From Patescibacteria group bacterium (GTDB lineage Bacteria > Patescibacteriota > Microgenomatia > Levybacterales > GWA1-39-11), in the NCBI GenBank assembly GCA_041478035.1, contig JBGOVI010000001.1, positions 1 through 44,146 on the forward strand: 44,146 nt of DNA, read 5' to 3'. Below the pieces are notes generated by a model. It saw only the letters and a program-made list of their open reading frames with translations, was not told the origin of the DNA and made no database searches. Positions 14,846 through 23,477 of the stretch are shown piece after piece; within the stretch, counting starts at the first letter, position 1, and every line of letters starts with the position of its first letter. Position numbers and translations under genes: made by a program.

Positions 14846-16574
14846 AAGCAAACACTTGGATGCCGGGTGCTAATTCTATCCTTAGCAAATGCTGCCCTGG
14901 ATTACCTTTTAAGTCGATGAGGTTGTAAAGTCTATCGGAATCGACAATAACATTTCCACTCTCTACGTCGGCACCTGCGTTTGATACATCCATAGGTTTT
15001 CCGTCGACGAAAATTCTAACTGCCTTGATATTCCCATTGTCTGATTTCATAACCAAATATACTTTATTTGCATAAAAATTATATTCGAGTACAGAATTTG
15101 ATCCTGTTTGAGAATATTCACCTTGCACATTCCAGTCGCCGCCAAAATCAAAAGAATTAACGGGAATGTTAGGATTTGTTTTTAAGTTTTTATAATCGCC
15201 GTCACTAACCGAACCATTCGGATAATAATATTGCATCCGTTTTGTTCCAACGTATGTTTCAGGAGAAATCGGACCGTGCGGCGTTTGGTCCGGCATGTTT
15301 AACAGTTGACCCGAAACGCTTGCGCCCGACTCTTTCAACAGTTCCCGAATCGCCTCTTCACCTTTGTCGTATTCTCCTTCCCCAAAATGAGTACGTCTTA
15401 CATTTCCATTCTTATCAATTAAATATTCTGCCGGCCAGTATTGATTGCTATACGCAGTCCAGGTTGCATAATTATTGTCCTGCGCAACAGGATAGTGAAT
15501 ATTATATTGCTTAATCGCGGCGGCAACATTGTTTGTATCGTGTTCGAATTCAAACTCGGGCGTATGAACTCCAATGACAACGAATCCATCGTCTTTATAT
15601 TTGTCATACCAGGAAGTTACAAACGGCAGCGTCCGAATACAATTGATGCAAGTATAGGTCCAGAAATCAATCAAAACTACTTTTCCACGGAGATTTCTTA
15701 TCGAAAGCGAACTTTGGCCGGCGGGGAGATTTAACCATTTTGTAATTCCGACGAACTCGGGGGCAGGATAATTTGTGTTAAATAAATCCGAGTTCGATAT
15801 CTGACCATTTGAACTTTTCTGACCTCCTTTGATTGACTGCAGTTCGCGCGTGACGGCACTATTTCCTTCTAAATTATTTATGAAATTCGAATAAGATGGA
15901 ACTGCATTTAAAAGACTCGCCTCCAAGACTTTGTCGTAATTTGTAAAAATTAAAAGCGCCGTTAAAATAATAACGACTCCAAACACTTTTTGGACAATAC
16001 CTGTGTATTTATTGGAAATTCTACTTTTTTGAACCATTCGTTGCCCGGCATAAGAAAAAATAAAGAGCGGAATCCCAATGCCAATCAAGTAAGCGATTGT
16101 TACAAGAATTATGTTAAACCCGACGGCGCGCGTTGCAGATAATGTTGCGATTGTTGCCAAAATCGGCCCGGCACACGGAGCCCAGACAATTCCGAGCGCC
16201 AAGCCCGCGAGAAACCCATGCCAAAAACCTCCGTGAGTATTTTGCGTTCCAAATCTCCCTGCAAATCTTGAGACAAACCCTTCAACAATTCTCGTCAAAG
16301 GCGGAACAACCATTGTAAGTCCTAAAAATAATAGAACAATGACTGCAATTATTCTTAAAATGTTCGCATCAAAACCAAATAGTTTAACCAAATATGAGAT
16401 TGAGAGGGTGACAATTCCAAAAGAAAGTAAAATTCCTATAGTCAAACCTAACGGTCTCCTATGATCGCCGGAAATCGAGCTGGCAGACAAGACTATTGGC
16501 AAGAGAGGCCAAATGCAAGGAGCGGCAATTGTGACAAGACCGGAAAGAAATGCGAAAAAAAGGAGTATTGCCAT
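14832..16574 (-). CDS. DipZ-like fusion of a CcdA/DsbD-type membrane thiol-disulfide transporter, a thioredoxin-like domain and a C-terminal beta domain
   Basis: The N-terminal TM domain has APCIWPLLP and WAPCAGPIL. The TlpA/ResA-like domain has FWTYTCINCIRTLP (CxxC). The 3' end overlaps the convergent pfpI-like gene by 14 nt. Confidence 0.8.
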   Translation of the reverse strand: MAILLFFAFLSGLVTIAAPCIWPLLPIVLSASSISGDHRRPLGLTIGILLSFGIVTLSISYLVKLFGFDANILRIIAVIVLLFLGLTMVVPPLTRIVEGFVSRFAGRFGTQNTHGGFWHGFLAGLALGIVWAPCAGPILATIATLSATRAVGFNIILVTIAYLIGIGIPLFIFSYAGQRMVQKSRISNKYTGIVQKVFGVVIILTALLIFTNYDKVLEASLLNAVPSYSNFINNLEGNSAVTRELQSIKGGQKSSNGQISNSDLFNTNYPAPEFVGITKWLNLPAGQSSLSIRNLRGKVVLIDFWTYTCINCIRTLPFVTSWYDKYKDDGFVVIGVHTPEFEFEHDTNNVAAAIKQYNIHYPVAQDNNYATWTAYSNQYWPAEYLIDKNGNVRRTHFGEGEYDKGEEAIRELLKESGASVSGQLLNMPDQTPHGPISPETYVGTKRMQYYYPNGSVSDGDYKNLKTNPNIPVNSFDFGGDWNVQGEYSQTGSNSVLEYNFYANKVYLVMKSDNGNIKAVRIFVDGKPMDVSNAGADVESGNVIVDSDRLYNLIDLKGNPGQHLLRIELAPGIQVFAFTFG

Positions 16575-16610
16575 TTGTTGTTTAATTATATAATATTGGG
16601 TAGTTCAATT

Positions 16611-16716
16611 GTCCGCCGACATTCATGTTCGCCTCGTGGTCTACGTCCACGCAGTCGAAAATTCATTTTGGCGGATTAAGAAATTCTACAACTCACAAAG
16701 TTCGTTAAGAATTTCT
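16611..16716 (+). promoter_or_regulatory. Structured leader upstream of the VOC gene (two stem-loop domains), followed by an AGGTGGTG Shine-Dalgarno
   Basis: P1 pairs 16611-16617 with 16670-16676 and encloses hairpin 16635-16651. A second hairpin, AGAAATTC/GAATTTCT, pairs 16679-16686 with 16709-16716. The SD lies at 16722-16729. Confidence 0.35.
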
Positions 16717-16739
16717 AAAAAAGGTGGTGAAATAAATAA

Positions 16740-17123
16740 ATGATAAAAGGAATTGAAGGTATTTTACTTGGAAGCGCAAATGCAACAAAGCTCGCAAAAT
16801 TTTACCGCGAGGTTGTCGGACTCAAACAAACTATGGAGTATGAGATGGGCGAAGCAAACGAAAAGGGATTCGCTTTCGAAATGAATGGCGCGGGTTTTTA
16901 TATCAACGACCACTCGAAAGTTATTGGTGCGAATAAAAATCCAGAGCGACTAATCATAAATTTTGAGGTTGGCGATATAGAAAAAGAGGCAGCTCGTCTT
17001 AAAAAAGAGAAAGTGAAAGTACAACAGGATACATATCATCTTGAAGGGTATTGATATATAGCTACTTTTGTTGACCCTGACGGGAACTTTTTTCAATTAG
17101 TCCAGATTAAAGCCGCAAATTAG
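16740..17123 (+). pseudogene. VOC/glyoxalase-bleomycin-resistance family gene interrupted by an in-frame TGA at 17052-17054
   Basis: The 104-aa ORF stops at TGA. The same frame continues YIATFVDPDGNFFQLVQIKAAN then TAG (17121-17123), which is the conserved VOC C-terminal strand motif (xFxDPDGNxxxL). Confidence 0.7.
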
Positions 17124-17141
17124 CGAATAGCTTACTAATAC

Positions 17142-17169
17142 TTGCAAAATTAAAATTTAGTGATATTAT
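17142..17169 (+). promoter_or_regulatory. Promoter ending 7 nt before the ATG at 17177
   Basis: TTGCAA (17142-17147), 16-nt spacer, TATTAT (17164-17169) with a TGA extension at 17161-17163. Confidence 0.55.
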
Positions 17170-17176
17170 AGTGGCA

Positions 17177-17779
17177 ATGGAAGAAGAGGAAAAAGAAGAG
17201 ATATTTCAAACCCCGCCCAATTTTGAGAGTCGGCTAGGACGTACCGGACCTAATTCTCCTGCGAAAAGATATATAACCGTCATCGTAATTATAGTCGTTC
17301 TGGTTCTTGTGATCCTTGGCGTATTTAAATTCGCAAGCGGAGGAAGTAAGAAAACTGAAATCACACCAACACCAACTCAAGAAGTTCTGCCAACCGATAC
17401 TCCTACTCCGACGGTGAGTGGAACACCTACTCCAACGGAAAAACCCACTGCCACCCCAAAACCGTCTGTTAATCCTATTGATAAAGCGAGCGGCCTAGAC
17501 CGCTCAAAACTCTCAATCCACGTCCTAAACGGCAATGGAACAGCGGGCGCCAGCAAAAAGGCGGCGGATTTACTTGAAGGACTCGGATACAACGTAACTG
17601 AAACGAGTAATGCTGACAATTTTAACTATGATAAAACAGTAATTCAGGTAACAAGTGAAAAAAGCGATTATCTCGCGCTTTTGAAGAAGGATCTATCAGG
17701 GGATTACACAATCGGGACGGCCTCAGCCGATCTTACCGGTGGATCAAGTTTCCAAGCAATCGTTATCGTCGGAAAGTAA
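17177..17779 (+). CDS. membrane-anchored LytR_C domain protein with a Pro/Thr-rich linker
   Basis: It has an N-terminal TM helix, a TPTPT-rich linker, and a LytR_C-like C-terminus (LSIHVLNGNGTAGASKKAADLLEGLGYNV). I prefer the ATG at 17177 over the track's GTG at 17171 because of the promoter position. Confidence 0.75.
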   Translation: MEEEEKEEIFQTPPNFESRLGRTGPNSPAKRYITVIVIIVVLVLVILGVFKFASGGSKKTEITPTPTQEVLPTDTPTPTVSGTPTPTEKPTATPKPSVNPIDKASGLDRSKLSIHVLNGNGTAGASKKAADLLEGLGYNVTETSNADNFNYDKTVIQVTSEKSDYLALLKKDLSGDYTIGTASADLTGGSSFQAIVIVGK

Positions 17780-17781
17780 TC

Positions 17782-18387
17782 GTGTATAAGAAAGCTCTTG
17801 CCCATTTTAGAACCGCTGATCCTACTCTTTTTGAAGTTTCTTTGAAGATTGAACCATTCGAACTTGAAGTTCACCCAAGCCCATTTCTTCGATTGACTCG
17901 ATCAATAATAGGACAACAACTTTCTGTAAAAGCTGCAAGTACGATTTTTGGGAGATTAGAACAGTTGTTCGAAAACAAAAAAATAACACCCGCGGGTCTT
18001 GTAAAAATCTCCGGTGAAAAATTACGAGCCGCAGGAATTTCTTACCAAAAAATTTCTTATCTGAAAGATTTAGGACGGAAAGTTTTAAATGGCGAACTGG
18101 AACTTTCAAAGATTCACGAACTAGAAACAGACATCATAATCGAAGAATTAATAAAAATTAGGGGCATCGGACGATGGACAGTTGAAATGTTTTTAATGTT
18201 TTCTCTGGGGCGGACTGATGTTTTCTCATTTGGTGATCTGGGTTTGCAGAATGCAATCAAAAAAGTTTATAAACTTAAAAACAAACCAACAATCAAACAA
18301 ATGGAAAAATTATCAAAAAAATGGATTCCTTTTAGAACTTATGCAGCAAGGATTTTATGGGCTAGCCTCGTCAATATTCCAAAATAG
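17782..18387 (+). CDS. HhH-GPD superfamily DNA glycosylase (AlkA/3-methyladenine glycosylase II-like)
   Basis: 201 aa with a helix-hairpin-helix (IRGIGRWTVEMFLMF) and a downstream Asp (FSFGDLGL). The start codon is GTG, 2 nt after the previous stop. Confidence 0.8.
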   Translation: MYKKALAHFRTADPTLFEVSLKIEPFELEVHPSPFLRLTRSIIGQQLSVKAASTIFGRLEQLFENKKITPAGLVKISGEKLRAAGISYQKISYLKDLGRKVLNGELELSKIHELETDIIIEELIKIRGIGRWTVEMFLMFSLGRTDVFSFGDLGLQNAIKKVYKLKNKPTIKQMEKLSKKWIPFRTYAARILWASLVNIPK

Positions 18388-18388
18388 A

Positions 18389-18937
18389 TTATTTAATAAC
18401 ATTCAGAACAGTTTTCCTGAATTTTATATAAATAACCTGTGAAAGAAGAGCAAAAAGCACAACAACAAACAAAAGCTCTGCAGACTTTAAAATAACCAAA
18501 CTATTTGAAATAACATTTTGTATGTTTGTTAATATCTCCCAAGAATTCACTCTTTGGACTCTTCCGAGAACCAGCCCGAACCCAATGAATAGATTAAGAA
18601 CGAATAGTAACATGCTGTTTTTATTTTTAACAAATAGTTTCTCAAAGGGAGATACTGATAAAACGAGAGTTATAATTCCTACGGGAATTAAAGAAATAAA
18701 AAGAGCTGCATCCGCAATCAGATACGTTCCGCTTATTGCTCTGGCGTCAGAAACTAAGTTGACAATATCTGTCACAAGGTAAATGGTATTAGGAAGAAAA
18801 ATAAACCAGATAAAACTCCCTACTAATTTTATCGGCGTAAATCTTTTTGTAAATACAATTTGTGCCAAAATTACGGGGATGCAGGCTAAGAAGATATTGA
18901 ATGCCATCCATTTAAAATTGAAATACAAGACCTCCAT
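18389..18937 (-). CDS. DUF1361-like integral membrane protein
   Basis: 182 aa with 4-5 TM helices. AFNIFLACIPV and FLPNTIYLVTDIVNL resemble the DUF1361 signature. Confidence 0.6.
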   Translation of the reverse strand: MEVLYFNFKWMAFNIFLACIPVILAQIVFTKRFTPIKLVGSFIWFIFLPNTIYLVTDIVNLVSDARAISGTYLIADAALFISLIPVGIITLVLSVSPFEKLFVKNKNSMLLFVLNLFIGFGLVLGRVQRVNSWEILTNIQNVISNSLVILKSAELLFVVVLFALLSQVIYIKFRKTVLNVIK

Positions 18938-19010
18938 TGAAAAATATCAGAAGAGTTGCCTATTCTGAGGTAATTTATCGTATCAAAAATGAGGTTAAAA
19001 TGTCAAAAAA

Positions 19011-19436
19011 TTATTTTCTTTTCAGAATGTTTCCAAGATGAAACCTGGTAGGAATTGACAATTCCATTTTCCCGATTTCATCAAGTGTAAACCAGCCGAT
19101 TTCATCGCACTTTTCAGGTTCTAGAATTTTCGGTTTACCGCGCTTTATTCGAGACAGAAATGCGATAGCAATCCAATGTTGTTTTTCATTTGGAATTCTG
19201 TGATCGCAAGCCGGAAGTTGCTCATACGGCTCTATCTCGAATCCAAATTCCTCTTTGATTTCACGGATTACTGTGTCTTTTAGAGTATCTCCGTATTCTA
19301 AGCCCCCACCTGGGAATTCCCACTTTCCAACTTCATTTCTTGCGCGTTTGCCTCTTTTTGTCAAAAAATATTTTCCTTTGCGATTGATTACAACCGCACC
19401 AACTCCAACACCAACATAATCAATTCCTTTTTTCAT
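19011..19436 (-). CDS. NUDIX hydrolase
   Basis: It has the Nudix box GKWEFPGGGLEYGDTLKDTVIREIKEEFG. It overlaps the murB stop by 4 nt. Confidence 0.9.
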   Translation of the reverse strand: MKKGIDYVGVGVGAVVINRKGKYFLTKRGKRARNEVGKWEFPGGGLEYGDTLKDTVIREIKEEFGFEIEPYEQLPACDHRIPNEKQHWIAIAFLSRIKRGKPKILEPEKCDEIGWFTLDEIGKMELSIPTRFHLGNILKRK

Positions 19437-20392
19437 TGGACTATCTCAACCTCAACTTCTGGTATAAAATCAAATGTCTCGGCGAATTTATCCTGAATTA
19501 CTTTTATTATCGACAAAACATCTGTTGTTTTTGCGTTTCCTAAATTTACAATAAAATTGCAATGTTTTGGACTAATCATAGCCTTTCCAACTTGATATTC
19601 GGCTAAATCTAAACGCTTAATCAGATATCCCATTGCGACTTTGCCATGCCAATCGCGTGCTATTTTTTCTTCCAAATCCGGAAACACTTCAAGAACTTTT
19701 TTAACGTGTTCAGGATCCGTAATGTTTTTGAATACGCTCCCGCAATTAGGAAATTCCAAAGGATGGCGGATTTTGCGATATTCTGTATTATTAAGGTAGG
19801 TTTGTCTTGCACGTTGAAGGTTCACCGCGTCGGCAGGAGTTAATCGAAATTGGACACGAACAACACCGAGCTTATTTTTTTTGACAATCGAACTTCTGTA
19901 TGAAAATTTTAATTCGAATCTTTTGAGGATTCTAAAACGTGGTTTCCCGTTTATAATTTCAAACACTTCTGCCTCGCGTACTGTATCTTTTATCTCGCTC
20001 CCAAAAGCTCCGACATTTCCGCGAATTGCAGCGCCAATGTCTCCTGGCAATCCCCCCGCCCATTCAAGACCCACTAGATTGTGTTCGAACGCAAACTTAA
20101 TAACATCGTCAAGAACTGCGCCGGCATCTGCTTCAACGATGTGAGGACGAACTAAACGAATGGAATCCGAACCGGAAATGGAACGAACAACAGCCCCGTC
20201 AAAATATTGTTCTGTAAAAATAAGGTTCGAGCCAAGTCCAAGAAAAAAATATTTCTTGATTTTCTCTTTTTTTAAGAATTCGAACGCCTTTTTAACATCT
20301 TCCTTATTTCCAACATCAATCAAAAACCGCGCTTTCCCTCCAATTCTATACCACAAAATCTCCTTCAAATCGAAATCCGGATATACTTTCAT
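19433..20392 (-). CDS. murB: UDP-N-acetylenolpyruvoylglucosamine reductase
   Basis: 319 aa with an FAD-binding PCMH-type N-terminus (GLGSNLIF) and a MurB C-terminal domain (SAGSVFKN-like NCGSVFKN). Confidence 0.88.
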   Translation of the reverse strand: MKVYPDFDLKEILWYRIGGKARFLIDVGNKEDVKKAFEFLKKEKIKKYFFLGLGSNLIFTEQYFDGAVVRSISGSDSIRLVRPHIVEADAGAVLDDVIKFAFEHNLVGLEWAGGLPGDIGAAIRGNVGAFGSEIKDTVREAEVFEIINGKPRFRILKRFELKFSYRSSIVKKNKLGVVRVQFRLTPADAVNLQRARQTYLNNTEYRKIRHPLEFPNCGSVFKNITDPEHVKKVLEVFPDLEEKIARDWHGKVAMGYLIKRLDLAEYQVGKAMISPKHCNFIVNLGNAKTTDVLSIIKVIQDKFAETFDFIPEVEVEIVQ

Positions 20393-20398
20393 GCGATC

Positions 20399-20407
20399 AT
20401 TATATCA
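20399..20407 (-). promoter_or_regulatory. Extended -10 box TGATATAAT ending 6 nt before the murB ATG
   Basis: Reverse complement of 20399-20407. It lies in the 26-nt gap after the aclA stop. Confidence 0.5.
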
Positions 20408-20418
20408 ACTTTGAGGGA

Positions 20419-22209
20419 TTACTTCTGGGAAGCATCGGCCACGTCTTCCTCTTCGAGGCGGAAAATGCCCTCGTCGAGCCTTTTTTGATCGAGAAAGTGA
20501 GAAATAAATCCTATCGAACGAGATGCGACGAATATTGCGTTAAAGAACTCTATTTCGGCAAGTTCCCTCAAATCTTCGGGAGTAAATCCTTCTTTTTCAG
20601 CCAAGATATCCAGCATTACCGCAGCAATCGCGCCGTCAACATTGAGAATCAAATTCCCTTTTTTTGCAACCGTTACTTTTTCTACTTCGCGAGCAAAATT
20701 TGTAAATTTCGCGTCCAATCCTTCTGTATGTTTTAAAATCTCACCAACTCTTGGATCCGGCATGTCGACTCTGTATTTTCTATGCCCAATTCCTGCAATA
20801 TATTTTTTTTGCGAGGCGAAGTCTTCGACAAAATCTGAGGCTGATTTTCCAGATTCTGCTCCTTCAATAAAGTTTTGCGCTGCGGAATTTATTGCGCCCC
20901 CAAATCGTGGGCCAATTGTCAAGATTCCTGAAGCAAGAGATGAGACTAAATCGCGGCCGGCGCGAGAGGTTATAATAGTGGTAACAGCTCCTGAAACATA
21001 AGGTCCGTGATCAACTAAAAGTTTTAAAACAAAGTTTACGAATTCTTCGAGTTCCTTTGATTTTATTGTTTTGCCTAGAAACATAGAGGCGGCAATGTAT
21101 CCGAACGAATGATTCTTGGCAAATTCGAGCAAGTCTTCGCCTAAAATTTTTACTTGCCCATCTTCATCTTTTGAAATACTCGTCGCAATCAGCGCGTGTT
21201 TTCTATCACCCATAGGTTCTATTCTATCATTATTTTCACCATGTTTCGAACTTTCTCCCGATATCCCCTTTATCATTTCTACAAACTCTCCAAAACTCCC
21301 GGCAACGTGCGCCCCTGCAGTTTTTAACGCATCGCGTTTGGCACGAGCAGTCTCTCGATCTGTCGCGGCCATTGCCTTTGCGTGCCCAAATTGAGGAGAA
21401 GTTGGAAACATCTCGGCAACGGTCCCCGCAATATAGCAAATTACTTGTTTTGTGATCTTCTTTGTCTGAAGCATCTCGACAAGATCATATTCGTCTGTCC
21501 CCCCGAGTTCTCCAAAATAAACTATAGTTTTAGTTTCATCATCTTTTTCGGCAGCTTCAAACGCGTCCTTGGGAGCAGTCACCGGGAAACGGTCTCCGCC
21601 GAATGAAAGCGAAAAAGATAACCGCAAACCGCTCGATGTGACAATGTTGATAATCTCATTCGTCATTCCGCCTGATGCTGACAAAACCGCGACCGAACCC
21701 GCATCAAACAATTTTGCCGTAATAATTTGTTTGTGATCAACCCCACCAATCGCCCCGAGTTTTAAAACTTTTGGAATAAGCAGTCCCACGCTTGCAGGAC
21801 CGATTACAAATACTTCCTTATCTTTTGCGAACTCTGCGAGTTCCAAAGCGTGTTTTTCAGGAACGTTCTCGGCGAATACAACTCCTCCAACAAGATTAGA
21901 CAAACTATCAATCGCCTCAATAGAAGATGTTAAAACTCGTCTTCCCGAACTTAGGTTTAGAAAATAGGAAATCGAACGGCGATTCTCTTCTGAAATTTTA
22001 TCGATCGAATCTGCAACAGGAATTAAAATTTCCCGTCTTCCAAAAAAGTAACGTTCGAATTTTCTTCCCGATGCAATTATTGCCTTTATAGAAGGCGAAC
22101 TTTTTTTAGAATAATAATCAAAGTCGAGAATTGATTGGATTATTGTAGGATACGAACCTATCGCCAAAATATTTGTTTCCGATTTTCTGACTTTTCCTAT
22201 GTCTAACAT
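20419..22209 (-). CDS. aclA: ATP-citrate lyase alpha subunit (CoA-ligase domain plus citryl-CoA lyase domain)
   Basis: 596 aa with ACL-specific blocks ILDFDY, REILIPV, phosphohistidine loop PQFGHAKA, and a citrate-synthase-like GIGHRKYRVDMPDPR. Confidence 0.85.
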   Translation of the reverse strand: MLDIGKVRKSETNILAIGSYPTIIQSILDFDYYSKKSSPSIKAIIASGRKFERYFFGRREILIPVADSIDKISEENRRSISYFLNLSSGRRVLTSSIEAIDSLSNLVGGVVFAENVPEKHALELAEFAKDKEVFVIGPASVGLLIPKVLKLGAIGGVDHKQIITAKLFDAGSVAVLSASGGMTNEIINIVTSSGLRLSFSLSFGGDRFPVTAPKDAFEAAEKDDETKTIVYFGELGGTDEYDLVEMLQTKKITKQVICYIAGTVAEMFPTSPQFGHAKAMAATDRETARAKRDALKTAGAHVAGSFGEFVEMIKGISGESSKHGENNDRIEPMGDRKHALIATSISKDEDGQVKILGEDLLEFAKNHSFGYIAASMFLGKTIKSKELEEFVNFVLKLLVDHGPYVSGAVTTIITSRAGRDLVSSLASGILTIGPRFGGAINSAAQNFIEGAESGKSASDFVEDFASQKKYIAGIGHRKYRVDMPDPRVGEILKHTEGLDAKFTNFAREVEKVTVAKKGNLILNVDGAIAAVMLDILAEKEGFTPEDLRELAEIEFFNAIFVASRSIGFISHFLDQKRLDEGIFRLEEEDVADASQK

Positions 22210-22219
22210 ATTTTTGAAT

Positions 22220-22282
22220 GCAAGATGTAAGATTTAAGATGTATGAAATTTCCTAGATCATACATCCTACATCATAGATCCT
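22220..22282. repeat. Nine tandem heptamers spanning the aclB|aclA spacer
   Basis: Direct reading: gcaagat gtaagat ttaagat gtatgaa atttcct agatcat acatcct acatcat agatcct. It includes a 9-bp inverted repeat, 22238-22246 with 22258-22266. Confidence 0.85.
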
Positions 22283-23453
22283 TAATTGCTTTACTAACTA
22301 TGTCCGTCAATACCAACTTCGGTCCATGTACTTCGCCTTCAATTCCTTCTTTTTCCATAAATTCGCGCATCATTGCCAGCCCTTCTTCCTGGTGCGGGCC
22401 GCCCCGACGAACATAAATTCCGACACCCTGTTTTTTTAATTCCTCGGAAACTTCTTCTAATGCTTTTATTACTCCCCGAAAAGTTATTCTTACATCAGTG
22501 AAATTTGCGACTCCTCCGCCAATAATTAAAACTTTGTTCGAAGCTTTTGATTTTAACAATAGACTCAGGATATTTTTTGTATAAATTAAAGTCTCCTCCT
22601 CATTCGGATTTCCGGAATATTCGCCGTAATTTGCGAGTTCTTTTCCGTGACCAAGATTATGAACTTCATCAGCCAAAACTATGCTTGCGCCGCCACCTGA
22701 CAACAACATGAAGATCCGAGCCTCAGGATTAAGAACTACCAATTTGAACGAGGCCTGCGACTTTTCCGAAAGTTTTACGATATTTTTCTCTTCCTCGGTT
22801 TTACTTGAGTTCGCCTCTCGAAAGTCGTGTGAACTCCAATTGTCTACAAAAAATTCAGCGGCGGAATCAACTTCTGACGCAATATCCAACATGTAAGGAT
22901 TTTTGAAAGAAATTACAAGAGGATTTATTTCAAGAAATGAAAAATAATTCGTGTCAAATACTTCAACGAGTTTCTCAAGATAACTCGGATCCAAACCAAG
23001 TTCTCCTGCAACTTTTTTTAAATCCTCAATATCCCGAACCAATTCTTTCCGAACTTCAGATTCGTAAGATTCGATATCAACACCGCCTTTTTGGGAGTAA
23101 TAAATTAGAGTCCCCAAGCCTGTTCGCTCAAGCGCCAAATATCTTTCATCCTGCGCTTCATGTGGAACAAGTTCCTCGACAAGAAAATGGGAGAACCCTT
23201 TTTTTCGGAGTTCGGAAATTGCATCGGTTACTTCATTGACGCTTGATAAATCAAGCTTAATCAAACCCTGCTTGAATCTTTTTTTTACTCCTTGATCAAC
23301 TTTTACAACATAACGGACGCCCGGCCTAACGCTTTCATCAAGTTTTGAAACGTGATCGCGCTCCGCATCAAAAGGAAAACCGGTATACGAAGTTTTTAAA
23401 TGATTATTAACAATCGTCTTCGCCCTAAATTCAGACAACTTAACCCTAGGCAT
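22272..23453 (-). CDS. aclB: ATP-citrate lyase beta subunit (ATP-grasp)
   Basis: 393 aa, the same size and layout as bacterial AclB, with a succinyl-CoA-synthetase-beta-like ATP-grasp domain. It lies immediately upstream of aclA. Confidence 0.8.
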   Translation of the reverse strand: MPRVKLSEFRAKTIVNNHLKTSYTGFPFDAERDHVSKLDESVRPGVRYVVKVDQGVKKRFKQGLIKLDLSSVNEVTDAISELRKKGFSHFLVEELVPHEAQDERYLALERTGLGTLIYYSQKGGVDIESYESEVRKELVRDIEDLKKVAGELGLDPSYLEKLVEVFDTNYFSFLEINPLVISFKNPYMLDIASEVDSAAEFFVDNWSSHDFREANSSKTEEEKNIVKLSEKSQASFKLVVLNPEARIFMLLSGGGASIVLADEVHNLGHGKELANYGEYSGNPNEEETLIYTKNILSLLLKSKASNKVLIIGGGVANFTDVRITFRGVIKALEEVSEELKKQGVGIYVRRGGPHQEEGLAMMREFMEKEGIEGEVHGPKLVLTDIVSKAIKDL

Positions 23454-23460
23454 AGATTAA

Positions 23461-23469
23461 ATTATAGCA
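23461..23469 (-). promoter_or_regulatory. Extended -10 box TGCTATAAT ending 7 nt before the aclB ATG
   Basis: Reverse complement of 23461-23469. The ATG is at 23453. Confidence 0.55.
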
Positions 23470-23477
23470 GAGAAAGA

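Noticed and set aside
17052-17054. TGA reassignment (genetic code 25 or 4) as the explanation for the in-frame TGA in the VOC gene.
   Set aside because: All long genes in the window (rpoB, rpoC, fusA, secY and others) are intact and TGA-free under the standard code. TGA serves as the stop of rplE, rpsQ, rplD and aclB, including ATGA start/stop overlaps.
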